Assembly (NCBI GenBank): GCA_902522465.1
Contig: CABYVV010000002.1
Location: 1,764-65,763, forward strand
Length of the DNA: 64,000 nt
Origin: an uncultured Alphaproteobacteria bacterium
GTDB lineage: Bacteria > Pseudomonadota > Alphaproteobacteria > Methylaequorales > Methylaequoraceae
Direction: 5' to 3'
Within the stretch, counting starts at the first letter, position 1; the number at the start of each line of letters is the position of its first letter. Positions 9,442 to 19,601 of the stretch are shown here, piece after piece. The position numbers were made by a program, and so were the translations under genes. The notes beneath the pieces are model-generated. The model was given only the letters and a program-made list of their open reading frames with translations. It made no database searches and was not told where the DNA came from.

Positions 9442-11621
9442 ATGTCTACAAATTTTTTATACCAAGAATTATTATATTTTATAAGTTTTTTTATGGGAAT
9501 TTTAAAATTATCTTCAACTATAAAATTATCAGTATTTTCAACAATAGCAACTTCGCTTATCTTAACTTTATTTTTTTTGGCTATTCTTTTAAAATCATCA
9601 GTACTGTTTAAAACCAAAAGATATCTAGATTGATCTTCTCCAAAAAACCATTCTTTGAGTTTTTTTGTATTCTTTGGTAGTTTTATTTTCATACCTTTCT
9701 TATTGCTAATACATAATTCTGCTAAAGCTAATAATAATCCACCATCAGAAATATCATGACAACCGGTGACTAAATCACCATAATCTTTCAAAAATTTCTT
9801 TACAAACATTCCATTTTTGTACTCTATTTTTAAGTTTAGTGGTGGAGGAGTGCCATCGTTATTTCCACAAATTCTATTATATTCAGAAAGTTCTAGGTGA
9901 CCATATGAATCGCCAATGATAAAGATCTTGTCATCAAGGTTTATTTTAAACCCTTTAATATTTTCTGTTTTATTTATCAATCCCACTCCTCCAATTACAG
10001 GAGTAGGAAATATAGATTTTTTTTTTGTTTCATTGTACAAAGAAACATTTCCGGAAACTACTGGAAATTTAAGATAGTCACATGCCATTTTTATTCCTTT
10101 AATTGATTCTTTAATTTGAAACATAATATGTTCCTTCTCTGGATTTCCAAAGTTGAGATTATCAGTTATTGCTATAGGTTCTGCTCCAGATGCAATCAGA
10201 TTCCTCCAAGACTCGGCTACTCCTATAGCAGAACCTAACTTTGGATCTGAATTACAAAAAATTGGATTACAATCACATGTTATAGCAATAGCTTTGTTGG
10301 TATCGTGTATTCTGACTATCGCTGCATCAGATTGTTCTGAAGACATTAGAGTATCGCCCATCACAGATCTATCATATTGTTCATATATCCATTTTTTTGA
10401 AGAATGGTTGGGGCCTGAAATCATTTTAAGCAATGCATGATGAATTGGAATATCTTTGTATTTTTTCTTTAATTTATTTTTTTTAAGTTTTTTTGCTGGC
10501 CTGTTATATTCTGGAGACATATCAGCAAGGGGTTTTATTGGTAACTTACCTACCATCTTTTTATTAAAAAAAAGTTCCATATCCCCCGAATCTGTTAAAT
10601 TACCTATCTCAACTGCATCTAGTCCCCATTTTTTAAAAACCTCTAAAGTCAATTTTTTTTTATTTGGTTTAATTATCATTAGCATTCTTTCTTGTGTTTC
10701 GGATAGCATTATTTCATAGGGACTCATTTTTTCTTCTCTACACGGAACTTTATCAAGATTTAGTTTAACACCACATGAGCCTTTTGATGCCATTTCGAAT
10801 GATGAAGAAGTTAAACCAGCTGCACCCATATCTTGTATAGCTATGATTGCATCTTGCTTCATTATCTCCTGACATGATTCTAACAAAAGTTTTTCAATGA
10901 AAGGGTCACCTACTTGAACTTGAGGTCTATTATCCTGAGTTTTGTCATCAAACTCAGCTGATGCCATGGTTGCTCCATGAATGCCATCTCGTCCTGTTTT
11001 TGAACCAACATATATAATGGGATTTCCGACTCCTTTAGCGGTTGAATAAAATATTTTATTTTTTTTTACCAGTCCAACGCACATAGCGTTTACTAGAATA
11101 TTGTTATTATAGCATTTATGAAAGAAGCATTCACCTCCAATAGTTGGGATCCCGACACAGTTTCCATAGTCTCCAATACCTTTTACAACTCCTGTTAATA
11201 GGCTTTTGGTTTTTGGGTGTTTAGGATCACCAAACCTTAGTGAATTTAAATTTGCTATAGGTCTTGCACCCATTGTAAATACATCTCTCATAATTCCACC
11301 GACACCAGTTGCAGCACCTTGATATGGTTCTATAAAAGACGGATGATTGTGACTTTCCATTTTGAAAACTAAAGCATCACCATCGTCTATATCAACAATT
11401 CCAGCATTTTCTCCAGGTCCACAAATTACTCGTTTTCCTGATGTGGGCAAAGTTTTTAACCATTTTTTTGTTGATTTATATGAACAGTGCTCACTCCACA
11501 TCACAGAGAAGATTCCTAATTCTAAAAGATTTGGTTCCCTTTTGATTATTTTCAAAATCATATTGAACTCAGCCAAACTGATCCCATGGTTCTCAATTAC
11601 TTCTTTGGAAATTTTACTCAT
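9438..11621 (-). CDS. purL: Phosphoribosylformylglycinamidine synthase subunit PurL
   Basis: 727 aa. Small-PurL motifs [17 protein letters not shown] and GVGGIMRD. Confidence 0.95.
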   Translation of the reverse strand: MSKISKEVIENHGISLAEFNMILKIIKREPNLLELGIFSVMWSEHCSYKSTKKWLKTLPTSGKRVICGPGENAGIVDIDDGDALVFKMESHNHPSFIEPYQGAATGVGGIMRDVFTMGARPIANLNSLRFGDPKHPKTKSLLTGVVKGIGDYGNCVGIPTIGGECFFHKCYNNNILVNAMCVGLVKKNKIFYSTAKGVGNPIIYVGSKTGRDGIHGATMASAEFDDKTQDNRPQVQVGDPFIEKLLLESCQEIMKQDAIIAIQDMGAAGLTSSSFEMASKGSCGVKLNLDKVPCREEKMSPYEIMLSETQERMLMIIKPNKKKLTLEVFKKWGLDAVEIGNLTDSGDMELFFNKKMVGKLPIKPLADMSPEYNRPAKKLKKNKLKKKYKDIPIHHALLKMISGPNHSSKKWIYEQYDRSVMGDTLMSSEQSDAAIVRIHDTNKAIAITCDCNPIFCNSDPKLGSAIGVAESWRNLIASGAEPIAITDNLNFGNPEKEHIMFQIKESIKGIKMACDYLKFPVVSGNVSLYNETKKKSIFPTPVIGGVGLINKTENIKGFKINLDDKIFIIGDSYGHLELSEYNRICGNNDGTPPPLNLKIEYKNGMFVKKFLKDYGDLVTGCHDISDGGLLLALAELCISNKKGMKIKLPKNTKKLKEWFFGEDQSRYLLVLNSTDDFKRIAKKNKVKISEVAIVENTDNFIVEDNFKIPIKKLIKYNNSWYKKFVDI

Positions 11622-12307
11622 AAAAGTTCCTTAAGGCCTTCAAAAAAAATATTACCGTCTGCAGTTGATTTATCACTAATTGCTCTTTCTGGATGAGGCA
11701 TCATGCCTAAAATATTTTTTTTTTTATTTGTTATACCTGCAATATTATTTAATGAGCCGTTTGGATTATTTTTATTTTTAACTGACCCTTTATTTGAACA
11801 ATACCTAAAAATTACTTGTTCATTGTCCTCCAGCTTTTTAAGTGAATCTTTACTTGCGTAATAATTTCCTTGGCCATGAGCAATAGGAAACTTTAGTATG
11901 TCTTTTTTAATATTTTTTGAAAAAATTGATTTTTTGTTCTCGATTTTTAAAAAAATATCTTTGCAAATGAATAGTTGATTTTTATTTACTAAGAGTGATC
12001 CCTCAAGAAGCTTACACTCAGTTAATATTTGAAACCCATTACATATTCCAATTATTGGAACACCCTTTTTGGAGAAATTTATCACTTCTTTAATTGCTGG
12101 TGATTTAGTGGCTAGAATGCCAGCCCTCAAGTAATCTCCAAATGAAAACCCTCCGGGTATAAATATCATTTCGTGATGTTTTATTTTTGCTTCATTATGC
12201 CAAATATACTCTGTTTTCACATTGAGATGTTTCTGAATTGCAATTGCTAGATCTCTATCGCAATTTGAACCCGGAAAAACAATAATTGAAACAACTTTTT
12301 TTGGCAC
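11618..12307 (-). CDS. purQ: Phosphoribosylformylglycinamidine synthase subunit PurQ (glutaminase)
   Basis: Class I amidotransferase with [18 protein letters not shown] (nucleophile Cys) and MMPHPER. Confidence 0.93.
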   Translation of the reverse strand: MPKKVVSIIVFPGSNCDRDLAIAIQKHLNVKTEYIWHNEAKIKHHEMIFIPGGFSFGDYLRAGILATKSPAIKEVINFSKKGVPIIGICNGFQILTECKLLEGSLLVNKNQLFICKDIFLKIENKKSIFSKNIKKDILKFPIAHGQGNYYASKDSLKKLEDNEQVIFRYCSNKGSVKNKNNPNGSLNNIAGITNKKKNILGMMPHPERAISDKSTADGNIFFEGLKELL

Positions 12308-12310
12308 CAG

Positions 12311-12544
12311 CTATTTCTTTAGAATTTTAAAATTTTCAATAACAGGATTTGATAACAGCTCTTCACTTAAATTTCTTATTTCTTCAAGTCCTGCTTTTTT
12401 TTCTGAAATCTCAATATCAAAAAACTTGCCCTTTGAAATATTTTTCATTGACTTGAATCCCATTCTCTTTGCAGTTTTTTTAATTGCTTCTGCCTCCGGA
12501 TCAAGAATACCCTTTTTATAATTCACAAAAACTCTATAGATCAT
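12311..12544 (-). CDS. purS: Phosphoribosylformylglycinamidine synthase subunit PurS
   Basis: 77 aa with [10 protein letters not shown] and a position between purC and purQ. Confidence 0.85.
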   Translation of the reverse strand: MIYRVFVNYKKGILDPEAEAIKKTAKRMGFKSMKNISKGKFFDIEISEKKAGLEEIRNLSEELLSNPVIENFKILKK

Positions 12545-13292
12545 TTTTAATTACTTTTTTAAATTCATTTTCAGATAATACACCCAGTCTATATGCCACT
12601 TCCTTATATGCCTTATCTACATCACCTAGGTCCTGTCTAAATCTATCTTTATCTAATTTTTTATTGGTTTTTAGATCCCATAATCTACAATTGTCTGGGC
12701 TTATTTCGTCAGCTAAGATTACAGATGTTTCATCATTTTTCCAAAACCGTCCAAATTCTAATTTAAAATCTATTAGTCTGATATTGAGTGAAAAAAAATA
12801 TCCTGTTAGGAAATCATTAATTCTTGACGACAACGATATGATTTCTTCTAACTCATGATGTGAAGCCCAGTCAAACACGAGAATATGCTCCTCAGAAACT
12901 AATGGGTCATTTAATTTATCATCCTTAAGATAAAATTCGATTATAGGTCTTGATAAAATTTTTCCATCTTTAATTCCTAATCTTTTTACTAACGAACCTG
13001 TTGCAATATTTCTAACAACAACTTCAATTGGGATTATCTCAAGTTTTTTTATTAATTGTTCTCTCATATTAATTCTTTTAATAAAGTGAGTAGGAATGTT
13101 TATATCCTTTAATCTCGTCATTATTAGCTCGGAGATGAAATTATTAAGTACTCCTTTCCCAGGTATTTGAGCTTTTTTCTTATTATTAAATGCAGTGGCA
13201 TCATCTTTAAAATATTGAATTAGTGTGTTAGCCTCTGGTCCTTTATAGAGAATTTTAGCTTTTCCTTCATATAGTTTTTTTCTATTTTTCAT
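12534..13292 (-). CDS. purC: Phosphoribosylaminoimidazole-succinocarboxamide (SAICAR) synthase
   Basis: [19 protein letters not shown] and [12 protein letters not shown]. Confidence 0.93.
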   Translation of the reverse strand: MKNRKKLYEGKAKILYKGPEANTLIQYFKDDATAFNNKKKAQIPGKGVLNNFISELIMTRLKDINIPTHFIKRINMREQLIKKLEIIPIEVVVRNIATGSLVKRLGIKDGKILSRPIIEFYLKDDKLNDPLVSEEHILVFDWASHHELEEIISLSSRINDFLTGYFFSLNIRLIDFKLEFGRFWKNDETSVILADEISPDNCRLWDLKTNKKLDKDRFRQDLGDVDKAYKEVAYRLGVLSENEFKKVIKNDL

Positions 13293-14580
13293 GTAATACC
13301 CTTTGGTATATTGTTTCTATATTTTTGAAAAAATGATTTAAATCAAAAAGTTTATTAATTTCTTCATTGCCCAAATTTGATTTTATATATTTGTCCTTTT
13401 TTAATAAAGTTAAAAAGTCTTTATTATTTTTCCAGGATTGTAGAGCAACTTTTTGAACAAATTTATAAGCACTTTCTCTTGAAACTCCCTTTTTAACCAA
13501 TTCTAGCATTACTCTTTGGGAATTAAATAATCCGTTTGTCTTCTTCAAATTCTCTCTCATCATTTTTTTGTCTATAACAAGATTTTCTATAATATTCTTC
13601 ATCCTATTTAATGCAAAATCACAAAGAACAATAGTATCTGGAGCAAGTGTTCTTTCTACAGACGAATGGGATATATCTCTTTCGTGCCATAGTGCTATGT
13701 TTTCCATAAAAGGTATACAACTTGACCTAATTACTCTCGAGAGACCTGTTAGATTTTCACTTAAAACAGGATTCTTTTTATGAGGCATCGCTGATGATCC
13801 TTTTTGATCCTCGGCAAAAAATTCCTCTACTTCACGCACCTCACTTCTATGAAGATGTCTTACTTCTATGGCTAAATTTTCAATTGAAGAGGCTATCAAT
13901 GCCAGAGTTGAAAACAAATAAGCATGCCTATCTCTTGGAATAATCTGTGTGGCAACATCTTCTGATTTTAATCCTAACTTTTTTGCAACATAATTTTCTA
14001 CAAAAGGATTTATATTTGCATAAGTTCCAACTGCTCCTGAAATACTACATATTGAAATTTCCTTTTCAGCTTCACATAATCTTTTATAGTGTCTTTGAAA
14101 CTCACAATATTTACCAAGCATCTTTAGTCCAAATGTTGTAGGTTCCGCAAAGATTCCATGGCTCCTACCAATACATTCTGTTTTTTTATGTTCAATTGCT
14201 TTAGATTTTAAAGTTGATATTAGGTCAATCAATTCTTTTTTTAATATTTTGCATGATTTTTTTAATTGAATTGAAAAAGCAGTATCAATGATATCTGAAG
14301 ATGTTACTCCTTTATGAATAAATCTGGATTCGCTTCCAACATTTTCAGCAACATTGGTTAAAAAAGCAATTACGTCGTGTTTTACATCTCGTTCTATTTC
14401 ATCAATTCTATTGATATCAAATTTTGCGTTTTCTTTAATTGATTTTAATGATTTTTTTGGGATTTCTCCTTTTAAGCAGAGAGCTTCACAAATAAGAATT
14501 TCAATATCCAACCAAATTTTAAATTTATTAGTTGGCTGCCATATCTCTGAAATTTCTTTTCTTTTATATCTTGGAATCAT
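13282..14580 (-). CDS. purB: Adenylosuccinate lyase
   Basis: Fumarate-lyase signature [17 protein letters not shown], and a length of 432 aa. Confidence 0.93.
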   Translation of the reverse strand: MIPRYKRKEISEIWQPTNKFKIWLDIEILICEALCLKGEIPKKSLKSIKENAKFDINRIDEIERDVKHDVIAFLTNVAENVGSESRFIHKGVTSSDIIDTAFSIQLKKSCKILKKELIDLISTLKSKAIEHKKTECIGRSHGIFAEPTTFGLKMLGKYCEFQRHYKRLCEAEKEISICSISGAVGTYANINPFVENYVAKKLGLKSEDVATQIIPRDRHAYLFSTLALIASSIENLAIEVRHLHRSEVREVEEFFAEDQKGSSAMPHKKNPVLSENLTGLSRVIRSSCIPFMENIALWHERDISHSSVERTLAPDTIVLCDFALNRMKNIIENLVIDKKMMRENLKKTNGLFNSQRVMLELVKKGVSRESAYKFVQKVALQSWKNNKDFLTLLKKDKYIKSNLGNEEINKLFDLNHFFKNIETIYQRVLHEK

Positions 14581-14586
14581 TTTTTT

Positions 14587-15369
14587 TTAATAAGGTGGGT
14601 ATGTGTATTTCTTTTTTGAAAGAGTAAATATTTCATAACCATTTTTTGTTACTCCAACTGTGTGTTCAAACTGTGCAGATAAAGATTTATCTGAAGTTAC
14701 TGCAGTCCATCCATCTGAAAGTACTTTTATTTTGTAATCCCCAATATTAATCATCGGTTCAACAGTAAAAAACATTCCCTCTCTAAGTTTTTCTCCTTGT
14801 CCTGGTTTGCCAAAGTGTAATACGCTTGGTTGATCATGAAAAACCTTACCCAAACCATGACCACAGAAATCTCTGACAATTGAATAATTTTTTTTTTCCG
14901 CGAAAACTTGAATCGCATGGCCAATATCACCTAAAGTATTTCCTGGTTTAATCTTTTCTATTCCCTTCATCATTGCTTCATAAGTCGTTTCAACTAATTT
15001 TCTTGCTTTTAATTTTACTTTCCCCACATAAAACATTCTACTAGTATCTCCATGCCACCCATTTAAGATTGGTGTTACATCAACGTTAATAATATCACCA
15101 TCATTAAGTATCTTATCTCCTGGAATTCCATGACAGACTACATGATTTACTGATGTACATATTGATTTAGGAAACCCTTTATAATTTAAAGGAGCAGGAA
15201 TGGCTCCTCTACTTATTTGAAATTCATGACAGATATCATTCAATTCTTGAGTAGAAACACCTGGTTTTATAAAGTCAGTCAAATAATCTAAACATTCAGA
15301 TGCTAGCTGCCCGGCATTTCTCATAAAATCGAATTCATCTTTTGTATGTAATTTGATACTATTATCCAT
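14587..15369 (-). CDS. map: Type I methionine aminopeptidase
   Basis: VCHGIP, DIINVDV, FCGHGLG and the usual metal-ligand contexts. 260 aa. Confidence 0.93.
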   Translation of the reverse strand: MDNSIKLHTKDEFDFMRNAGQLASECLDYLTDFIKPGVSTQELNDICHEFQISRGAIPAPLNYKGFPKSICTSVNHVVCHGIPGDKILNDGDIINVDVTPILNGWHGDTSRMFYVGKVKLKARKLVETTYEAMMKGIEKIKPGNTLGDIGHAIQVFAEKKNYSIVRDFCGHGLGKVFHDQPSVLHFGKPGQGEKLREGMFFTVEPMINIGDYKIKVLSDGWTAVTSDKSLSAQFEHTVGVTKNGYEIFTLSKKKYTYPPY

Positions 15370-15417
15370 AAAAAGATCAATTTATATTAAAAATAAATAA
15401 ACTTACAGAAAAAATTA

Positions 15418-16164
15418 ATGAAAAAACAAAGAAAATCGTCTGGAATAGTTATTATAGGAAATGAAATTCTATCTGGAAAAACATTAGAAACGAATTCTAA
15501 TTATATGTGTAATCAGTTGTTCAATATTGGAGTGGAGTGTGAGGAAATAAAAATAATAAAAGATAACAAATTAAAAATCATCGAAACAGTAAGACGTTTT
15601 AGTAAAAAGTTTAGTTATGTATTTACTTCAGGTGGAATAGGACCAACTCATGATGATATAACTACCGCAGCAATTACAGAGGCTTTCAATCAAAAACTTT
15701 GTTTAAATGAAGAAGCGAAAAAAAGACTAGAAAAGCATTATTCTGATGATGTTCTTACAAAAGCAAGGCTTAAAATGGCTTACCTACCAGAAAAATGTCG
15801 CCTTATTGATAATCCAGTAAGTATTGCTCCAGGTTTTGTTATCAAAAATGTTTATGTCTTACCAGGTGTTCCAAAAATCTTTCAAATTATGGCTAACGAA
15901 ATTATTAAATCCTTAGATGAAGGAAAAAGATATTATAAGAAGACAGTATCAACAAAATTATCTGAGGGAATAATAGGAGGTTACATAGAAAAGATCCAAA
16001 AAAAATTTCATTCGCTTGAAATTGGAAGTTATCCTTATTTTAAAAAAAATTCATTTGGAGTTTCTTTGGTAATAAAAGGGGAAGAAGAAAAAATTGTTGC
16101 TGAGGCTACAAACGAAATATTTAGTTTTATTGAATCAAAAAAAGGAAGTCCCAAGATCTTCTAA
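15418..16164 (+). CDS. CinA-N / MoCF-biosynthesis-domain (molybdopterin-binding) protein
   Basis: IIGNEILSGKTLETNSNYM..FTSGGIGPTHDDIT, typical of the CinA N-terminal/MoaB-like fold. There is no C-terminal deamidase domain. Confidence 0.75.
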   Translation: MKKQRKSSGIVIIGNEILSGKTLETNSNYMCNQLFNIGVECEEIKIIKDNKLKIIETVRRFSKKFSYVFTSGGIGPTHDDITTAAITEAFNQKLCLNEEAKKRLEKHYSDDVLTKARLKMAYLPEKCRLIDNPVSIAPGFVIKNVYVLPGVPKIFQIMANEIIKSLDEGKRYYKKTVSTKLSEGIIGGYIEKIQKKFHSLEIGSYPYFKKNSFGVSLVIKGEEEKIVAEATNEIFSFIESKKGSPKIF

Positions 16165-16571
16165 CTCTTTGTATTTTTGACACGAATTTGTAATTCCTTT
16201 TCAATTAATTTTTTTAGATTTTTATCAATCCATTGAGTTAACAATTTATTAAATTGATTACTGCAATTTGATAATTGATCAAGACTACTCTCAGTTAAAT
16301 CTGGAATAGATTTTTCTTCAAAAGCATACTTTTCAAAATCTGTAGTTTTATTGAATTCATTTACATTAAAATTTTTTTTTTCTTCTATGTAATCAATTTT
16401 TTCACTATCATTAGCTACTTTAGACAATTTATTAGGGAGAAAAACTTCTTTTTCTATTTCTTTCAAACTGTTACTTTCAATATTTATTGTGCTTTCGTAT
16501 TCCTTCTTTGCTTCACTTATCAGCATATATATAGAATTAAGGAGCTCCTCTATTGATCTTTTATTTTTCAT
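16161..16571 (-). CDS. popZ: PopZ-like (DUF2497) pole-organising protein homologue
   Basis: The N-terminus SIEELLNSIYMLISEA resembles PopZ MEEILASIRRIISED. An acidic low-complexity middle region follows. The C-terminus LLTQWIDKNLKKLIEKELQIRV resembles PopZ LLKEWLDQNLPRIVE... This is by-eye recognition only. Confidence 0.6.
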   Translation of the reverse strand: MKNKRSIEELLNSIYMLISEAKKEYESTINIESNSLKEIEKEVFLPNKLSKVANDSEKIDYIEEKKNFNVNEFNKTTDFEKYAFEEKSIPDLTESSLDQLSNCSNQFNKLLTQWIDKNLKKLIEKELQIRVKNTKS

Positions 16572-16662
16572 TAACCAAACTTATAATTAAAGAATAAAAT
16601 AATCAAATCTTTAAATTTAATATTCTATGCTAAAAGTTATTATTTGATATTATAATGACACT

Positions 16663-17115
16663 ATGTTGGATAACACCTTTAATGAAATCATCCCATATGC
16701 ATTTTTTTTTATTTTTATTATTTTTCTACTAGCTAAAAAAAAAGCAAAAAAAAAAGTAAAACAAGAACAAAAAGTAGTTTTAATAGAAAACCAGGATGAT
16801 GAGAAACTTAAAGTTCTTCAAAATGCTGAAACAAAATTAATTGCTCTCAAAGATCTGTACAAACAAGAATTAATTGATGCAAATATTTATGTAGAAAAAA
16901 CAGAGGTTGTAGCTAAAAACATTAGTAAAGAAATTGGAAAAGATATAATGGATTTTCCAAAAATCCAGCAAAAAGTAATTTTTAATGATTTAAAAAAGGA
17001 AATTAAGAAAAAAATTAATGATGGAGATGAAAAAAATGTTAAAAATAACTTGGACAATTTGATAAGTGCTGTAGATAATAAAATTAAAGATGGAACTTTG
17101 CATGAAGAAAAGTAA
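16663..17115 (+). CDS. Hypothetical membrane-anchored protein with a SHOCT-like segment
   Basis: N-terminal TM helix IIPYAFFFIFIIFLLA, a Lys-rich linker, then LIALKDLYKQELIDANIYVEKTEVV, which resembles a SHOCT motif. Confidence 0.45.
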   Translation: MLDNTFNEIIPYAFFFIFIIFLLAKKKAKKKVKQEQKVVLIENQDDEKLKVLQNAETKLIALKDLYKQELIDANIYVEKTEVVAKNISKEIGKDIMDFPKIQQKVIFNDLKKEIKKKINDGDEKNVKNNLDNLISAVDNKIKDGTLHEEK

Positions 17116-17293
17116 CTCAGAAATTTTAAATAAAGTTAAGAACTTAGTTTCTGAAAAAAAACAAAGTAATGCTAAAACTATTCCTGAAAATGAGGTAAAA
17201 AAAGATAATGAAATTAATGATTGGATTCAAAAAAATGCAGAAAGAATTGCAAGAGAAATTATTCAGAAAGAAATAAAAAAGATTTTTAAATAA
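17102..17293 (+). CDS. Hypothetical 63-aa protein with a PopZ-C-terminus-like helix
   Basis: The ATG at 17102 overlaps the upstream gene's last codons (track start TTG 17090). The C-terminal NDWIQKNAERIAREIIQKEIKK shares the W-I-x-K-N core with the popZ-like gene 0.5 kb away. Confidence 0.4.
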   Translation: MKKSNSEILNKVKNLVSEKKQSNAKTIPENEVKKDNEINDWIQKNAERIAREIIQKEIKKIFK

Positions 17294-17393
17294 CCTTCTT
17301 TTAAAAATAAATTTCGTTTAATTTTTCTCTTTAGTTAATATATATTCATCATGACTACTTTAATTTAAGAATTATTACAAAGGTTATAAAATT

Positions 17394-17482
17394 GCGAGCG
17401 TGCTGAAATTGGTAAACAGACAGGACTTAAAATCCTGCGGGTGGCAACACCCTTGTGGGTTCAAGTCCCACCGCTCGCACCA
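17394..17482 (+). tRNA. tRNA-Leu (anticodon UAA), type II with long variable arm and encoded CCA
   Basis: Cloverleaf folded by hand. Acceptor GCGAGCG/CGCTCGC. Anticodon stem CAGGA/TCCTG with loop CTTAAAA. Variable arm GGGTG-GCAA-CACCC. T arm GTGGG-TTCAAGT-CCCAC. Discriminator A followed by CCA. Confidence 0.95.
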
Positions 17483-17499
17483 ATTTTATAAATTTATTT

Positions 17500-18210
17500 A
17501 TGACTTTTAAAATAAAAATAATTTCTGTACTTTTAATACTTTTCATAATCGATTTCCCTGTATTCTCAAACGAAATAGATGAGAAAGTAAGACAGTTTAT
17601 TTTAAAAAATCCCAAGGTAATCATTGAATCTCTTCAAAATTACGAAAAGCAATTAGAATTAGAAAGAAGCAACGAGAATAAAAATAAAATATTTGAAAAT
17701 AAAAAAAAATTATTTGAGTCAAATAATAATTTATATGAAGGTAATCCTTACTCGAAGAAAAAAATTGTAGAGTTTTTAGATTATAACTGCTCTTACTGTA
17801 AAAAGGTTCATATGGATATTAAAAAATTACTTGGTGAATCCAAAGATTTTCAAGTGATTTATAAAAACTTTCCTATACTATCTGATAACTCTGTGGTCCT
17901 TGCTAAATATGCTATTGTTATTTCGGAAATTGATCATAAAAAATTTGTAGAATTTCATAACGAAATACTTGCTACCAAGGGGATAGTCAAAGACCCAGAT
18001 TTAAATAGGATTTTAAAAAAAATTAATTTAAAAAAAGAGACCTTAGTTCAAAGCCTGAATGAAGCTAGTATTGAAAAAAAATTACAATCTGATATAGAAT
18101 TAGCTCAAAAACTTGGTTTACGAGGCACACCAGCCTTTATTATTAATGATGAGATTCTATTCGGTTATATAGAATTAGAAGAAATGAAGGCAAAATTAAA
18201 TCAGCAATAA
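17500..18210 (+). CDS. DsbA-family periplasmic thiol:disulfide oxidoreductase
   Basis: Signal-like N-terminus MTFKIKIISVLLILFIIDFPVFS, CxxC site DYNCSYCKK, and C-terminal GLRGTPAFII. I trimmed the start to ATG 17500 because the track start at 17455 lies inside the tRNA. Confidence 0.85.
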   Translation: MTFKIKIISVLLILFIIDFPVFSNEIDEKVRQFILKNPKVIIESLQNYEKQLELERSNENKNKIFENKKKLFESNNNLYEGNPYSKKKIVEFLDYNCSYCKKVHMDIKKLLGESKDFQVIYKNFPILSDNSVVLAKYAIVISEIDHKKFVEFHNEILATKGIVKDPDLNRILKKINLKKETLVQSLNEASIEKKLQSDIELAQKLGLRGTPAFIINDEILFGYIELEEMKAKLNQQ

Positions 18211-18647
18211 AGAGTATTTTTCTCAGTTGTTTTAAATTTCGCAGCAAAACCATTACTGTATAAAATTTTTTTCCCGAACTGACTTAGATATACGTTATGA
18301 TTAACTAAAGCATCCATTTCTCTCAGGTGTTTTTTTGTTTTGTCGTCGTAATCAATAAAATAATTTTGATCCTCTTGTAAGATATGAATAAGTTCATGTA
18401 ATAGAATCCCTCTATGACATACGTCATCCATTGGAGATAACTCTTTTGATAAGTAAATGGTGTATTTGGGTTCATTTGGTGTTAATGCCATAATCTCACA
18501 ATCTCTTCCACAAGCCATTTGTGAAAGTTCTTTTTGTTCTATAAAGTGTATTTTAGGAAATATTTTTGGATCTTTGTAACCTGTATGGGTTGTGATCCAC
18601 AAAAGTAATGTTACTATAAGTTGGTTTAAAGATTCAAATTTTTCCAT
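18201..18647 (-). CDS. Hypothetical exported protein with an HExxH motif (putative zinc metallopeptidase)
   Basis: Hydrophobic N-terminus LIVTLLLWITT. Motif GILLHELIHILQ, with a possible third ligand in HLREMDA. I recognise no family. Confidence 0.4.
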   Translation of the reverse strand: MEKFESLNQLIVTLLLWITTHTGYKDPKIFPKIHFIEQKELSQMACGRDCEIMALTPNEPKYTIYLSKELSPMDDVCHRGILLHELIHILQEDQNYFIDYDDKTKKHLREMDALVNHNVYLSQFGKKILYSNGFAAKFKTTEKNTLYC

Positions 18648-18659
18648 ATATACTTAGTA

Positions 18660-19601
18660 ATGATAAAAAAATTATTTATACATCGATCCTTACCAGAAAT
18701 GTATAACATAGATGTTGGAGATGACAACAAAATTTATGTAGAAGTAAGCGGAAAAAAAGATGGCATCCCAGTTATATTTGTTCATGGAGGTCCAGGCGGA
18801 CAATGTAGAAGTGAGCATCATTCATTATTTGATCCAAATATTTACAAATCAATAATTTTCGATCAAAGGGGGTGTGGAAAAAGTACACCATATAGGTCTC
18901 TAGCTGGTAACAATACCAAAAATTTAATTGATGATATAGATAAAATAAGGGACTTCCTAAAAATTAAAAAGTTTATAATTGTAGGTGGTTCATGGGGTGC
19001 AACATTAGCTACACAATATGCAATAAATTATCCTAAAAATTTATTTGGAGTCTTGTTGAGGTCAGTTTTTCTTGGAACAAATAAAGAAATAGATTGGGCA
19101 TTTATAAACGGACCTAAGAACTTTGCCCCTAATCTTTATTATACTTTCACTGAATCTGTTTGTGGAAAAGATTTAATAGATTCTTATTATGAACAAATTT
19201 TCAAAAAAAATTCAAAATTTCATTCATGGGTATGGCATGACTATGAAAGAATTTTGTCTCAATTGAATCCAAAAAACTATTTTATTGAAGGAAAAGAAGA
19301 TCTTTTAAAGAGAGATGGATTACCCAATTCACCTTACATGGAATTATATTTTATAAAAAATAGATTTTTCATGGAAAATAATGAAATTTTAAAAAATATT
19401 AAAAATGTTAAATCTATTCCATGTTATGTAGTGCAGGGTAGGTACGATTTAATTTGTCCACCCGTAAATGCTTACAATTTACATACAAATTGGAATTCCT
19501 CAGAACTATGCATAGTAAATACTGCTGGTCATTCGTCTTCGGACGAAGGTATTGTTGACAATTTACTAAAAGGTTTAAGAAAATTAACCGATCAAATTTA
19601 A
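18660..19601 (+). CDS. pip: Proline iminopeptidase (alpha/beta hydrolase)
   Basis: FVHGGPGG, FDQRGCGKS, nucleophile elbow GGSWGATL, and a C-terminal GHS. Confidence 0.88.
   Translation: MIKKLFIHRSLPEMYNIDVGDDNKIYVEVSGKKDGIPVIFVHGGPGGQCRSEHHSLFDPNIYKSIIFDQRGCGKSTPYRSLAGNNTKNLIDDIDKIRDFLKIKKFIIVGGSWGATLATQYAINYPKNLFGVLLRSVFLGTNKEIDWAFINGPKNFAPNLYYTFTESVCGKDLIDSYYEQIFKKNSKFHSWVWHDYERILSQLNPKNYFIEGKEDLLKRDGLPNSPYMELYFIKNRFFMENNEILKNIKNVKSIPCYVVQGRYDLICPPVNAYNLHTNWNSSELCIVNTAGHSSSDEGIVDNLLKGLRKLTDQI

Noticed and set aside
9426-9633. Two plus-strand ORFs (61 and 63 aa) at the bolA/purL junction.
   Set aside because: They overlap the 3' end of purL and the 5' end of bolA on the opposite strand. 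Their composition is purely hydrophobic and low-complexity, and they have no independent support.
17427-17624. A minus-strand 65-aa ORF, and the 17455 TTG start of the DsbA ORF. Both overlap tRNA-Leu.
   Set aside because: The tRNA cloverleaf is unambiguous. The DsbA signal peptide begins at the ATG at 17500, so the upstream extension and the antisense ORF are artefacts.
17394-19601. tRNA-Leu as an integration hotspot for a genomic island (dsbA, HExxH gene, pip downstream).
   Set aside because: There is no integrase, excisionase or phage/IS gene. I could not spot a direct repeat of the tRNA 3' end downstream by eye. The flanking genes look like ordinary periplasmic housekeeping.
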